From Eledone cirrhosa (taxonomy: Eukaryota), in the NCBI GenBank assembly GCA_964016885.1, contig OZ024752.1:27590001-27654000 (forward strand): 64,000 bases of DNA. Reading direction: 5' to 3'. The notes under the pieces were generated by a model, which saw only the letters and a list, made by a program, of their open reading frames with translations, made no database searches and was not told where the DNA came from. Position numbers and translations under genes: made by a program. Positions 31,901-48,600 of this stretch are shown piece after piece. Position 1 is the stretch's first letter; each line of letters opens with the position of its first letter.

Positions 31901-33299
31901 GTACCAACTTCGGCTATCAACACACAAACTGTGGAACTAGTTCCAACTTCGGCTATCAACACACAAACTGTGGAACTAGTACCAACTTCGGCTATCAACA
32001 CACTCTGTGGAACTAGTACAAACTTCGGCTATCAACACACAAACTGTGGAACTAGTACCAACGTCGGCTATCAACACACAATCTGTGGAACTAGTACCAA
32101 CTTCGGCTATCAACACACAAACTGTGGAACTAGTACCAACTACGGCTATCAACACACAAACTGTGGAACTAGTACCAACTTCGGCTATCAACACACAAAC
32201 TGTGGAACTAGTACCAACTACGGCTATCAACACACAAACTGTGGAACTAGTTTCAAGTTCGGCTATCAACACACAAACTGTGGATCTAGTAGCAACTTCG
32301 GCTATCAACACACAAACTGTGGAACTAGTACCAACTTCGGCTATCAACACACAAACTGTGGAACTAGTACCAACTTCGGCTATCAACACACAATCTGTGG
32401 AACTAGTACCAACTTCGGCTATCAACACACAAACTGTGGAACTAGTACCAACTACGGCTATCAACACACAAACTGTGGAACTAGTTCCAACTTCGGCTAT
32501 CAACACGCAAACTGTGGAACTAGTAGCAACTTCGGCTATCAACACTCAAACTGTGGAACTAGTACAAACTTCGGCTATCAACACACAAACTGTGGAACTA
32601 GTACCAACTACGGCTATCAACACACAAACTGTGGAACTAGTACCAACTTCGGCTATCAACACACAAACTGTGGAACTAGTACCAACTTCGGCTATCAACA
32701 CACAAACTGTGGAACTAGTACCAACTTCGGCTATCAACACACAAACTGTGGAACTAGTACCAACTTCGGCTATCAACACACAAACTGTGGAACTAGTACC
32801 AACTACGGCTATCAACACACGAACTGTGGAACTAGTACCAACTTCGGCTATCAACACACAAACTGTGGAACTAGTACCAACTTCGGCTATCAACACACAA
32901 ACTGTGGAACTAGTACCAACTGCGGCTATCAACACACAATCTGTGGAACTAATACCAACTTCGGCTATCAACACACAAACTGTGGAACTAGTACCAACTT
33001 CGGCTATCAACACACAAACTGTGGAACTAGTACCAACTTCGGCTATCAACACACAAACTGTGGAACTAGTACCAACTGCGGCTATCAACACACAATCTGT
33101 GGAACTAATACCAACTTCGGCTATCAACACACAAACTGTGGAACTAGTACCAACTTCGGCTATCAACACACAAACTGTGGAACTAGTACCAACTTCGGCT
33201 ATCAACACACAAACTGTGGAACTAGTACCAACTTCGGCTATCAACACACAAACTGTGGAACTAGTACCAACTTCGGCTATCAACACACAAACTGTGGAA

Positions 33300-36200
33300 C
33301 TAGTACCAACTTCGGCTATCAACACACAAACTGTAGAACTAGTACCAACTGCGGCTATCAACACACAATCTGTGGAACTAATACCAACTTCGGCTATCAA
33401 CACACAATCTGTGGAACTAATACCAACTTCGGCTATCAACACACAAACTGTGGAACTAGTACCAACTGCGGCTATCAATACACAAACTGTGGAACTAATA
33501 CCAACTTCGGCTATCAACACACAAACTGTGGAACTAGTACCAACTGCGGCTATCAACACACAATCTGTGGAACTAATACCAACTTCGGCTATCAACACAC
33601 AAACTGTGGAACTAGTACCAACTGCGGCTATCAACACACAAACTGTGGAACTAATACCAACTTCGGCTATCAACACACAAACTGTGGAACTAGTACCAAC
33701 TTCGGCTATCAACACACAAACTGTGGAACTAGTACCAACTGCGGCTATCAACACACAATCTGTGGAACTAATACCAACTGCGGCTATCAACACACAATCT
33801 GTGGAACTAATACCAACTTCGGCTATCAACACACAATCTGTGGAACTAGTACCAACTGCGGCTATCAACACACAATCTGTGGAACTAATACCAACTACGA
33901 CTATCAATACACAATCTGTGGAACTAATACCAACTGCGGCTATCAACACACAATCTGTGGAACTAATACCAACTTCGGCTATCAACACACAAACTGTGGA
34001 ACTAGTACCAACTTCGGCTATCAACACACAAACTGTGAAACTAGTACCAACTTCGTCTATCAACACACAAACTGTGGAACTAGTACCAACTACGGCTATC
34101 AACACACCAACTGTGGAACTAGTACCAACTTCGTATATCAACACACAATCTGTGGAACTAGTACCAACTACGGCTATCAACACACCAACTGTGGAACTAG
34201 TACCAACCTCGGCTATCAACACACAATCTGTGGAACTAGTACCAACTTCGTCTATCAACACACAAACTGTTGAACTAGTACCAACTTCGTCTATCAACAC
34301 ACAAACTGTTGAACTAGTACCAACTTCGGCTATCAACACACAATCTGTGGAACTAGTACCAAATTCGTCTATGAACACACAATCTGTGGAACTAGTACCA
34401 GCTTCGTCTATCAACACACAATCTGTGGAACTAGTACCAACTTCGGCTATCAACACACCAACAGTGGAACTAGTATCAACTTCGGCTATCAACACACAAA
34501 CTGTGGAACTAGTACCAACTTCGGCTATCAACACACAAACTGTGGCACTAGTAGCAACTTCGGCTATCAACACACAAACTGTGGATCTAGTAGCAACTTC
34601 GGCTATCAACACACAAACTGTGGAACTAGTACCAACTTCGGCTATCAACACACAAACTGTGGAACTAGTACCAACTTCGGCTATCAACACACAATCTGTG
34701 GAACTAGTACAAATTTCGGCTATCAACACACAAACTGTGGAACTAGTACCAACTTCGGCTATCAACACACAATCTGTGGAACTAGTACCAACTTCGGCTA
34801 TCAACACACAAACTGTGGAACTAGTACCAACTACGGCTATCAACACACAATCTGTGGAACTAGTTCCAACTTCGGCTATCAACACGCAAACTGTGGAACT
34901 AGTACAAACTTCGGCTATCAACACACAAACTGTGGAACTAGTACCAACTACGGCTATCAACACACAAACTGTGGAACTAGTACCAACTTCGGCTATCAAC
35001 ACACAAACTGTGGAACTAGTACCAACTTCGGCTATCAACACACAAACTGTGGAACTATACCAACTTCGGCTATCAACACACAAACTGTGGAACTAGTACC
35101 AACTTCGGCTATCAACACACAAACTGTGGAACTAGTACCAACTACGGCTATCAACACACAAACTGTGGAACTAGTACCAACTTCGGCTATCAACACACAA
35201 ACTGTGGAACTAGTACCAACTTCGGCTATCAACACACAAACTGTGGAACTAGTACCAACTGCGGCTATCAACACACAATCTGTGGAACTAATACCAACTT
35301 CGGCTATCAACACACAAACTGTGGAACTAGTACCAACTTCGGCTATCAACACACAAACTGTGGAACTAGTACCAACTTCGGCTATCAACACACAAACTGT
35401 GGAACTAGTACCAACTGCGGCTATCAACACACAATCTGTGGAACTAATACCAACTTCGGCTATCAACACACAAACTGTGGAACTAGTACCAACTTGGGCT
35501 ATCAACACACAAACTGTGGAACTAGTACCAACTTCGGCTATCAACACACAAACTGTGGAACTAGTACCAACTCCGGCTATCAACACACAATCTGTGGAAC
35601 TAATACCAACTTCGGCTATCAACTCACAAACTGTGGAACTAGTACCAACTGCGGCTATCAACACACAAACTGTGGAACTAGTACCAACTTCGGCTATCAA
35701 CACACAAACTGTGGAACTAGTACCAACTGCGGCTATCAACACACAAACTGTGGAACTAATACCAACTTCGGCTATCAACACACAAACTGTGGAACTAGTA
35801 CCAACTGCGGCTATCAACACACAATCTGTGGAACTAATACCAACTTCGGCTATCAACACACAATCTGTGGAACTAGTACCAACTGCGGCTATCAACACAC
35901 AATCTGTGGAACTAATACCAACTACGGCTATCAATACACAATCTGTGGAACTAATACCAACTGCGGCTATCAACACACAATCTGTGGAACTAATACCAAC
36001 TTCGGCTATCAACACACAAACTGTGGAACTAGTACCAACTTCGGCTATCAACACACAAACTGTGAAACTAGTACCAACTTCGTCTATCAACACACAAACT
36101 GTGGAACTAGTACCAACTACGGCTATCAACACACCAACTGTGGAACTAGTACCAACTTCGTATATCAACACACAATCTGTGGAACTAGTACCAACTACGG

Positions 36201-39200
36201 CTATCAACACACCAACTGTGGAACTAGTACCAACCTCGGCTATCAACACACAATCTGTGGAACTAGTACCAACTTCGTCTATCAACACACAAACTGTTGA
36301 ACTAGTACCAACTTCGTCTATCAACACACAAACTGTTGAACTAGTACCAACTTCGGCTATCAACACACAATCTGTGGAACTAGTACCAACTGCGGCTATC
36401 AACACACAATCTGTGGAACTAATACCAACTTCGGCTATCAACACACAATCTGTGGAACTAATACCAACTTCGGCTATCAACACACAAACTGTGGAACTAG
36501 TACCAACTGCGGCTATCAATACACAAACTGTGGAACTAATACCAACTTCGGCTATCAACACACAAACTGTGGAACTAGTACCAACTGCGGCTATCAACAC
36601 ACAATCTGTGGAACTAGTACCAACCTCGGCTATCAACACACAATCTGTGGAACTAGTACCAACTTCGTCTATCAACACACAAACTGTTGAACTAGTACCA
36701 ACTTCGTCTATCAACACACAAACTGTTGAACTAGTACCAACTTCGTCTATCAACACACAAACTGTTGAACTAGTACCAACTTCGGCTATCAACACACAAA
36801 CTGTAGAACTAGTACCAACTGCGGCTATCAACACACAATCTGTGGAACTAATACCAACTTCGGCTATCAACACACAATCTGTGGAACTAATACCAACTTC
36901 GGCTATCAACACACAAACTGTGGAACTAGTACCAACTGCGGCTATCAATACACAAACTGTGGAACTAATACCAACTTCGGCTATCAACACACAAACTGTG
37001 GAACTAGTACCAACTGCGGCTATCAACACACAATCTGTGGAACTAATACCAACTTCGGCTATCAACACACAAACTGTGGAACTAGTACCAACTGCGGCTA
37101 TCAACACACAAACTGTGGAACTAATACCAACTTCGGCTATCAACACACAAACTGTGGAACTAGTACCAACTTCGGCTATCAACACACAAACTGTGGAACT
37201 AGTACCAACTGCGGCTATCAACACACAATCTGTGGAACTAATACCAACTGCGGCTATCAACACACAATCTGTGGAACTAATACCAACTTCGGCTATCAAC
37301 ACACAATCTGTGGAACTAGTACCAACTGCGGCTATCAACACACAATCTGTGGAACTAATACCAACTACGACTATCAATACACAATCTGTGGAACTAATAC
37401 CAACTGCGGCTATCAACACACAATCTGTGGAACTAATACCAACTTCGGCTATCAACACACAAACTGTGGAACTAGTACCAACTTCGGCTATCAACACACA
37501 AACTGTGAAACTAGTACCAACTTCGTCTATCAACACACAAACTGTGGAACTAGTACCAACTACGGCTATCAACACACCAACTGTGGAACTAGTACCAACT
37601 TCGTATATCAACACACAATCTGTGGAACTAGTACCAACTACGGCTATCAACACACCAACTGTGGAACTAGTACCAACCTCGGCTATCAACACACAATCTG
37701 TGGAACTAGTACCAACTTCGTCTATCAACACACAAACTGTTGAACTAGTACCAACTTCGTCTATCAACACACAAACTGTTGAACTAGTACCAACTTCGGC
37801 TATCAACACACAATCTGTGGAACTAGTACCAAATTCGTCTATGAACACACAATCTGTGGAACTAGTACCAGCTTCGTCTATCAACACACAATCTGTGGAA
37901 CTAGTACCAACTTCGGCTATCAACACACCAACAGTGGAACTAGTATCAACTTCGGCTATCAACACACAAACTGTGGAACTAGTACCAACTTCGGCTATCA
38001 ACACACAAACTGTGGCACTAGTAGCAACTTCGGCTATCAACACACAAACTGTGGATCTAGTAGCAACTTCGGCTATCAACACACAAACTGTGGAACTAGT
38101 ACCAACTTCGGCTATCAACACACAAACTGTGGAACTAGTACCAACTTCGGCTATCAACACACAATCTGTGGAACTAGTACAAATTTCGGCTATCAACACA
38201 CAAACTGTGGAACTAGTACCAACTTCGGCTATCAACACACAATCTGTGGAACTAGTACCAACTTCGGCTATCAACACACAAACTGTGGAACTAGTACCAA
38301 CTACGGCTATCAACACACAATCTGTGGAACTAGTTCCAACTTCGGCTATCAACACGCAAACTGTGGAACTAGTACAAACTTCGGCTATCAACACACAAAC
38401 TGTGGAACTAGTACCAACTACGGCTATCAACACACAAACTGTGGAACTAGTACCAACTTCGGCTATCAACACACAAACTGTGGAACTAGTACCAACTTCG
38501 GCTATCAACACACAAACTGTGGAACTATACCAACTTCGGCTATCAACACACAAACTGTGGAACTAGTACCAACTTCGGCTATCAACACACAAACTGTGGA
38601 ACTAGTACCAACTACGGCTATCAACACACAAACTGTGGAACTAGTACCAACTTCGGCTATCAACACACAAACTGTGGAACTAGTACCAACTTCGGCTATC
38701 AACACACAAACTGTGGAACTAGTACCAACTGCGGCTATCAACACACAATCTGTGGAACTAATACCAACTTCGGCTATCAACACACAAACTGTGGAACTAG
38801 TACCAACTTCGGCTATCAACACACAAACTGTGGAACTAGTACCAACTTCGGCTATCAACACACAAACTGTGGAACTAGTACCAACTGCGGCTATCAACAC
38901 ACAATCTGTGGAACTAATACCAACTTCGGCTATCAACACACAAACTGTGGAACTAGTACCAACTTGGGCTATCAACACACAAACTGTGGAACTAGTACCA
39001 ACTTCGGCTATCAACACACAAACTGTGGAACTAGTACCAACTCCGGCTATCAACACACAATCTGTGGAACTAATACCAACTTCGGCTATCAACTCACAAA
39101 CTGTGGAACTAGTACCAACTGCGGCTATCAACACACAAACTGTGGAACTAGTACCAACTTCGGCTATCAACACACAAACTGTGGAACTAGTACCAACTGC

Positions 39201-41500
39201 GGCTATCAACACACAAACTGTGGAACTAATACCAACTTCGGCTATCAACACACAAACTGTGGAACTAGTACCAACTGCGGCTATCAACACACAATCTGTG
39301 GAACTAATACCAACTTCGGCTATCAACACACAATCTGTGGAACTAGTACCAACTGCGGCTATCAACACACAATCTGTGGAACTAATACCAACTACGGCTA
39401 TCAATACACAATCTGTGGAACTAATACCAACTGCGGCTATCAACACACAATCTGTGGAACTAATACCAACTTCGGCTATCAACACACAAACTGTGGAACT
39501 AGTACCAACTTCGGCTATCAACACACAAACTGTGAAACTAGTACCAACTTCGTCTATCAACACACAAACTGTGGAACTAGTACCAACTACGGCTATCAAC
39601 ACACCAACTGTGGAACTAGTACCAACTTCGTATATCAACACACAATCTGTGGAACTAGTACCAACTACGGCTATCAACACACCAACTGTGGAACTAGTAC
39701 CAACCTCGGCTATCAACACACAATCTGTGGAACTAGTACCAACTTCGTCTATCAACACACAAACTGTTGAACTAGTACCAACTTCGTCTATCAACACACA
39801 AACTGTTGAACTAGTACCAACTTCGGCTATCAACACACAATCTGTGGAACTAGTACCAAATTCGTCTATGAACACACAATCTGTGGAACTAGTACCAGCT
39901 TCGTCTATCAACACACAATCTGTGGAACTAGTACCAACTTCGGCTATCAACACACCAACAGTGGAACTAGTATCAACTTCGGCTATCAACACACAAACTG
40001 TGGAACTAGTACCAACTTCGGCTATCAACACACAAACTGTGGCACTAGTAGCAACTTCGGCTATCAACACACAAACTGTGGATCTAGTAGCAACTTCGGC
40101 TATCAACACACAAACTGTGGAACTAGTACCAACTTCGGCTATCAACACACAAACTGTGGAACTAGTACCAACTTCGGCTATCAACACACAATCTGTGGAA
40201 CTAGTACAAATTTCGGCTATCAACACACAAACTGTGGAACTAGTACCAACTTCGGCTATCAACACACAATCTGTGGAACTAGTACCAACTTCGGCTATCA
40301 ACACACAAACTGTGGAACTAGTACCAACTACGGCTATCAACACACAATCTGTGGAACTAGTTCCAACTTCGGCTATCAACACGCAAACTGTGGAACTAGT
40401 ACAAACTTCGGCTATCAACACACAAACTGTGGAACTAGTACCAACTTCGGCTATCAACACACAAACTGTGGAACTATACCAACTTCGGCTATCAACACAC
40501 AAACTGTGGAACTAGTACCAACTTCGGCTATCAACACACAAACTGTGGAACTAGTACCAACTACGGCTATCAACACACAAACTGTGGAACTAGTACCAAC
40601 TTCGGCTATCAACACACAAACTGTGGAACTAGTACCAACTTCGGCTATCAACACACAAACTGTGGAACTAGTACCAACTGCGGCTATCAACACACAATCT
40701 GTGGAACTAATACCAACTTCGGCTATCAACACACAAACTGTGGAACTAGTACCAACTTCGGCTATCAACACACAAACTGTGGAACTAGTACCAACTTCGG
40801 CTATCAACACACAAACTGTGGAACTAGTACCAACTGCGGCTATCAACACACAATCTGTGGAACTAATACCAACTTCGGCTATCAACACACAAACTGTGGA
40901 ACTAGTACCAACTTGGGCTATCAACACACAAACTGTGGAACTAGTACCAACTTCGGCTATCAACACACAAACTGTGGAACTAGTACCAACTCCGGCTATC
41001 AACACACAATCTGTGGAACTAATACCAACTTCGGCTATCAACTCACAAACTGTGGAACTAGTACCAACTGCGGCTATCAACACACAAACTGTGGAACTAG
41101 TACCAACTTCGGCTATCAACACACAAACTGTGGAACTAGTACCAACTGCGGCTATCAACACACAAACTGTGGAACTAATACCAACTTCGGCTATCAACAC
41201 ACAAACTGTGGAACTAGTACCAACTGCGGCTATCAACACACAATCTGTGGAACTAATACCAACTTCGGCTATCAACACACAATCTGTGGAACTAGTACCA
41301 ACTGCGGCTATCAACACACAATCTGTGGAACTAATACCAACTACGGCTATCAATACACAATCTGTGGAACTAATACCAACTGCGGCTATCAACACACAAT
41401 CTGTGGAACTAATACCAACTTCGGCTATCAACACACAAACTGTGGAACTAGTACCAACTTCGGCTATCAACACACAAACTGTGGAACTAGTACCAACTTC
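33300..41500. repeat. Overlapping 3,470-bp and 1,949-bp tandem duplications
   Basis: GGAACTATACC deletion marker at about 35057, 38527 and 40476; ORF starts 35087/38557/40506 and 35494/38964/40913. Confidence 0.85.
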
Positions 41501-44249
41501 GGCTATCAACACACTCTGTGGAACTAGTACAAACTTCGGCTATCAACACACAAACTGTGGAACTAGTACCAACTTTGTCTATCAACACACAAACTGTGGA
41601 ACTAGTACCAACGTCGGCTATCAACACACAAACTGTGGAACTAGTACCAACTTCGGCTATCAACACACTCTGTGGAACTAGTACAAACTTCGGCTATCAA
41701 CACACAAACTGTGGAACTAGTACCAACTTTGTCTATCAACACACAAACTGTGGAACTAGTACCAACGTCGGCTATCAACACACAATCTGTGGAACTAGTA
41801 CCAACTTCGGCTATCAACACACAAACTGTGGAACTAGTACCAACTACGGCTATCAACACACAAACTGTGGAACTAGTTTCAAGTTCGGCTATCAACGCAC
41901 AAACTGTGGATCTAGTAGCAACTTCGGCTATCAACACACAAACTGTGGAACTAGTACCAACTTCGGCTATCAACACACAACCTGTGGAACTAGTACCAAC
42001 TTCGGCTATCAACACACAATCTGTGGAACTAGTACAAATTTCGGCTATCAACACACAAACTGTGGAACTAGTACCAACTTCGGCTATCAACACACAATCT
42101 GTGGAACTAGTACCAACTTCGGCTATCAACACACAAACTGTGGAACTAGTACCAACTACGGCTATCAACACACAAACTGTGGAACTAGTTCCAACTTCGG
42201 CTATCAACACACAAACTGTGGAACTAGTACCAACTTCGGCTATCAACACACAAACTGTGGAACTAGTACCAACTACGGCTATCAACACACAAACTGTGGA
42301 ACTAGTTTCAAGTTCGGCTATCAACACACAAACTGTGGATCTAGTAGCAACTTCGGCTATCAACACACAAACTGTGGAACTAGTACCAACTGCGGCTATC
42401 AACACACAATCTGTGGAACTAATACCAACTTCGGCTATCAACACACAAACTGTGGAACTAGTACCAACTTCGGCTATCAACACACAAACTGTGGAACTAG
42501 TACCAACTTCGGCTATCAACACACAAACTGTGGAACTAGTACCAACTGCGGCTATCAACACACAATCTGTGGAACTAATACCAACTTCGGCTATCAACAC
42601 ACAAACTGTGGAACTAGTACCAACTGCGGCTATCAACACACAATCTGTGGAACTAATACCAACTTCGGCTATCAACACACAAACTGTGGAACTAGTACCA
42701 ACTTCGGCTATCAACACACAAACTGTGGAACTAGTACCAACTTCGGCTATCAACACACAAACTGTGGAACTAGTACCAACTGCGGCTATCAACACACAAT
42801 CTGTGGAACTAATACCAACTTCGGCTATCAACACACAAACTGTGGAACTAGTACCAACTTCGGCTATCAACACACAAACTGTGGAACTAGTACCAACTTC
42901 GGCTATCAACACACAAACTGTGGAACTAGTACCAACTGCGGCTATCAACACACAATCTGTGGAACTAATACCAACTTCGGCTATCAACACACAAACTGTG
43001 GAACTAGTACCAACTTCGGCTATCAACACACAAACTGTGGAACTAGTACCAACTTCGGCTATCAACACACAAACTGTGGAACTAGTACCAACTGCGGCTA
43101 TCAACACACAATCTGTGGAACTAATACCAACTTCGGCTATCAACACACAAACTGTGGAACTAGTACCAACTGCGGCTATCAACACACAATCTGTGGAACT
43201 AATACCAACTTCGGCTATCAACACACAAACTGTGGAACTAGTACCAACTTCGGCTATCAACACACAAACTGTGGAACTAGTACCAACTTCGGCTATCAAC
43301 ACACAAACTGTGGAACTAGTACCAACTGCGGCTATCAACACACAATCTGTGGAACTAATACCAACTTCGGCTATCAACACACAAACTGTGGAACTAGTAC
43401 CAACTGCGGCTATCAACACACAATCTGTGGAACTAATACCAACTTCGGCTATCAACACACAAACTGTGGAACTAGTACCAACTTCGGCTATCAACACACA
43501 AACTGTGGAACTAGTACCAACTTCGGCTATCAACACACAAACTGTGGAACTAGTACCAACTGCGGCTATCAACACACAATCTGTGGAACTAATACCAACT
43601 TCGGCTATCAACACACAAACTGTGGAACTAGTACCAACTTCGGCTATCAACACACAAACTGTGGAACTAGTACCAACTTCGGCTATCAACACACAAACTG
43701 TGGAACTAGTACCAACTGCGGCTATCAACACACAATCTGTGGAACTAATACCAACTTCGGCTATCAACACACAAACTGTGGAACTAGTACCAACTGCGGC
43801 TATCAATACACAAACTGTGGAACTAATACCAACTTCGGCTATCAACACACAAACTGTGGAACTAGTACCAACTTCGGCTATCAACACACAAACTGTGGAA
43901 CTAGTACCAACTGCGGCTATCAACACACAATCTGTGGAACTAATACCAACTTCGGCTATCAACACACAAACTGTGGAACTAGTACCAACTTCGGCTATCA
44001 ACACACAAACTGTGGAACTAGTACCAACTGCGGCTATCAACACACAAACTGTGGAACTAGTACCAACTTCGGCTATCAACACACAAACTGTGGAACTAGT
44101 ACCAACTTCGGCTATCAACACACAAACTGTGGAACTAGTACCAACTGCGGCTATCAACACACAATCTGTGGAACTAATACCAACTTCGGCTATCAACACA
44201 CAAACTGTGGAACTAGTACCAACTTCGGCTATCAACACACAAACTGTGG

Positions 44250-45600
44250 AACTAGTACCAACTTCGGCTATCAACACACAAACTGTGGAACTAGTACCAA
44301 CTGCGGCTATCAACACACAATCTGTGGAACTAATACCAACTTCGGCTATCAACACACAAACTGTGGAACTAGTACCAACTGCGGCTATCAATACACAAAC
44401 TGTGGAACTAATACCAACTTCGGCTATCAACACACAAACTGTGGAACTAGTACCAACTTCGGCTATCAACACACAAACTGTGGAACTAGTACCAACTGCG
44501 GCTATCAACACACAATCTGTGGAACTAATACCAACTTCGGTTATCAACACACAAACTGTGGAACTAGTACCAACTTCGGCTATCAACACACAAACTGTGG
44601 AACTAGTACCAACTTCGGCTATCAACACACAAACTGTGGAACTAGTACCAACTGCGGCTATCAACACACAATCTGTGGAACTAATACCAACTTCGGCTAT
44701 CAACACACAAACTGTGGAACTAGTACCAACTGCGGCTATCAATACACAAACTGTGGAACTAATACCAACTTCGGCTATCAACACACAAACTGTGGAACTA
44801 GTACCAACTTCGGCTATCAACACACAAACTGTGGAACTAGTACCAACTGCGGCTATCAACACACAATCTGTGGAACTAATACCAACTTCGGCTATCAACA
44901 CACAAACTGTGGAACTAGTACCAACTTCGGCTATCAACACACAAACTGTGGAACTAGTACCAACTTCGGCTATCAACACACAAACTGTGGAACTAGTACC
45001 AACTGCGGCTATCAACACACAATCTGTGGAACTAATACCAACTTCGGCTATCAACACACAAACTGTGGAACTAGTACCAACTGCGGCTATCAATACACAA
45101 ACTGTGGAACTAATACCAACTTCGGCTATCAACACACAAACTGTGGAACTAGTACCAACTTCGGCTATCAACACACAAACTGTGGAACTAGTACCAACTG
45201 CGGCTATCAACACACAATCTGTGGAACTAATACCAACTTCGGCTATCAACACACAAACTGTGGAACTAGTACCAACTTCGGCTATCAACACACAAACTGT
45301 GGAACTAGTACCAACTTCGGCTATCAACACACAAACTGTGGAACTAGTACCAACTGCGGCTATCAACACACAATCTGTGGAACTAATACCAACTTCGGCT
45401 ATCAACACACAAACTGTGGAACTAGTACCAACTGCGGCTATCAATACACAAACTGTGGAACTAATACCAACTTCGGCTATCAACACACAAACTGTGGAAC
45501 TAGTACCAACTGCGGCTATCAACACACAATCTGTGGAACTAATACCAACTTCGGCTATCAACACACAAACTGTGGAACTAGTACCAACTGCGGCTATCAA
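44250..45600. repeat. 351-bp (9-monomer) higher-order repeat, first locus
   Basis: CAATAC marker at 44389, 44740, 45091 and 45442 (spacing 351), with the same order of variants in between. Confidence 0.88.
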
Positions 45601-48600
45601 CACACAAACTGTGGAACTAATACCAACTTCGGCTATCAACACACAAACTGTGGAACTAGTACCAACTGCGGCTATCAACACACAATCTGTGGAACTAATA
45701 CCAACTGCGGCTATCAACACACAATCTGTGGAACTAATACCAACTTCGGCTATCAACACACAATCTGTGGAACTAGTACCAACTGCGGCTATCAACACAC
45801 AATCTGTGGAACTAATACCAACTACGGCTATCAATACACAATCTGTGGAACTAATACCAACTGCGGCTATCAACACACAATCTGTGGAACTAATACCAAC
45901 TTCGGCTATCAACACACAAACTGTGGAACTAGTACCAACTTCGGCTATCAACACACAAACTGTGAAACTAGTACCAACTTCGTCTATCAACACACAAACT
46001 GTGGAACTAGTACCAACTACGGCTATCAACACACCAACTGTGGAACTAGTACCAACTTCGTATATCAACACACAATCTGTGGAACTAGTACCAACTACGG
46101 CTATCAACACACCAACTGTGGAACTAGTACCAACCTCGGCTATCAACACACAATCTGTGGAACTAGTACCAACTTCGTCTATCAACACACAAACTGTTGA
46201 ACTAGTACCAACTTCGTCTATCAACACACAAACTGTTGAACTAGTACCAACTTCGGCTATCAACACACAATCTGTGGAACTAGTACCAAATTCGTCTATG
46301 AACACACAATCTGTGGAACTAGTACCAGCTTCGTCTATCAACACACAATCTGTGGAACTAGTACCAACTTCGGCTATCAACACACCAACAGTGGAACTAG
46401 TATCAACTTCGGCTATCAACACACAAACTGTGGAACTAGTACCAACTTCGGCTATCAACACACAAACTGTGGCACTAGTAGCAACTTCGGCTATCAACAC
46501 ACAAACTGTGGATCTAGTAGCAACTTCGGCTATCAACACACAAACTGTGGAACTAGTACCAACTTCGGCTATCAACACACAAACTGTGGAACTAGTACCA
46601 ACTTCGGCTATCAACACACAATCTGTGGAACTAGTACAAATTTCGGCTATCAACACACAAACTGTGGAACTAGTACCAACTTCGGCTATCAACACACAAT
46701 CTGTGGAACTAGTACCAACTTCGGCTATCAACACACAAACTGTGGAACTAGTACCAACTACGGCTATCAACACACAATCTGTGGAACTAGTTCCAACTTC
46801 GGCTATCAACACGCAAACTGTGGAACTAGTACAAACTTCGGCTATCAACACACAAACTGTGGAACTAGTACCAACTACGGCTATCAACACACAAACTGTG
46901 GAACTAGTACCAACTTCGGCTATCAACACACAAACTGTGGAACTAGTACCAACTTCGGCTATCAACACACAAACTGTGGAACTATACCAACTTCGGCTAT
47001 CAACACACAAACTGTGGAACTAGTACCAACTTCGGCTATCAACACACAAACTGTGGAACTAGTACCAACTACGGCTATCAACACACAAACTGTGGAACTA
47101 GTACCAACTTCGGCTATCAACACACAAACTGTGGAACTAGTACCAACTTCGGCTATCAACACACAAACTGTGGAACTAGTACCAACTGCGGCTATCAACA
47201 CACAATCTGTGGAACTAATACCAACTTCGGCTATCAACACACAAACTGTGGAACTAGTACCAACTTCGGCTATCAACACACAAACTGTGGAACTAGTACC
47301 AACTTCGGCTATCAACACACAAACTATGGAACTAGTACCAACTGCGGCTATCAACACACAATCTGTGGAACTAATACCAACTTCGGCTATCAACACACAA
47401 ACTGTGGAACTAGTACCAACTTGGGCTATCAACACACAAACTGTGGAACTAGTACCAACTTCGGCTATCAACACACAAACTGTGGAACTAGTACCAACTG
47501 CGGCTATCAACACACAATCTGTGGAACTAATACCAACTTCGGCTATCAACTCACAAACTGTGGAACTAGTACCAACTGCGGCTATCAACACACAAACTGT
47601 GGAACTAGTACCAACTTCGGCTATCAACACACAAACTGTGGAACTAGTACCAACTGCGGCTATCAACACACAAACTGTGGAACTAATACCAACTTCGGCT
47701 ATCAACACACAAACTGTGGAACTAGTACCAACTGCGGCTATCAACACACAATCTGTGGAACTAATACCAACTTCGGCTATCAACACACAATCTGTGGAAC
47801 TAGTACCAACTGCGGCTATCAACACACAATCTGTGGAACTAATACCAACTACGGCTATCAATACACAATCTGTGGAACTAATACCAACTGCGGCTATCAA
47901 CACACAATCTGTGGAACTAATACCAACTTCGGCTATCAACACACAAACTGTGGAACTAGTACCAACTTCGGCTATCAACACACAAACTGTGGAACTAGTA
48001 CCAACTTCGGCTATCAACACACTCTGTGGAACTAGTACAAACTTCGGCTATCAACACACAAACTGTGGAACTAGTACCAACGTCGGCTATCAACACACAA
48101 TCTGTGGAACTAGTACCAACTTCGGCTATCAACACACAAACTGTGGAACTAGTACCAACTACGGCTATCAACACACAAACTGTGGAACTAGTTTCAAGTT
48201 CGGCTATCAACACACAAACTGTGGATCTAGTAGCAACTTCGGCTATCAACACACAAACTGTGGAACTAGTACCAACTTCGGCTATCAACACACAAACTGT
48301 GGAACTAGTACCAACTTCGGCTATCAACACACAATCTGTGGAACTAGTACAAATTTCGGCTATCAACACACAAACTGTGGAACTAGTACAAACTTCGGCT
48401 ATCAACACACAATCTGTGGAACTAGTACCAACTTCGGCTATCAACACACAAACTGTGGAACTAGTACCAACTACGGCTATCAACACACAAACTGTGGAAC
48501 TAGTTCCAACTTCGGCTATCAACACGCAAACTGTGGAACTAGTAGCAACTTCGGCTATCAACACTCAAACTGTGGAACTAGTACAAACTTCGGCTATCAA

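Noticed and set aside
26293-32001. 1,902-aa minus-strand ORF (VLIAEVGTSSTVC)n
   Set aside because: Antisense reading of the same monomer, with a TTG start and boundaries set by sporadic variants; no independent coding evidence.
25321-32016. 2,231-aa ORF (YQHTNCGTSTNFG)n and similar Cys/Gly/Tyr-rich ORFs as real genes
   Set aside because: Pure translation of the repeat with a GTG start inside a variant monomer, no unique domains, and an end at a frameshift. Overlapping open frames exist on both strands. With 13 codons per unit, about half of frames are expected to be stop-free by chance, and three of six are.
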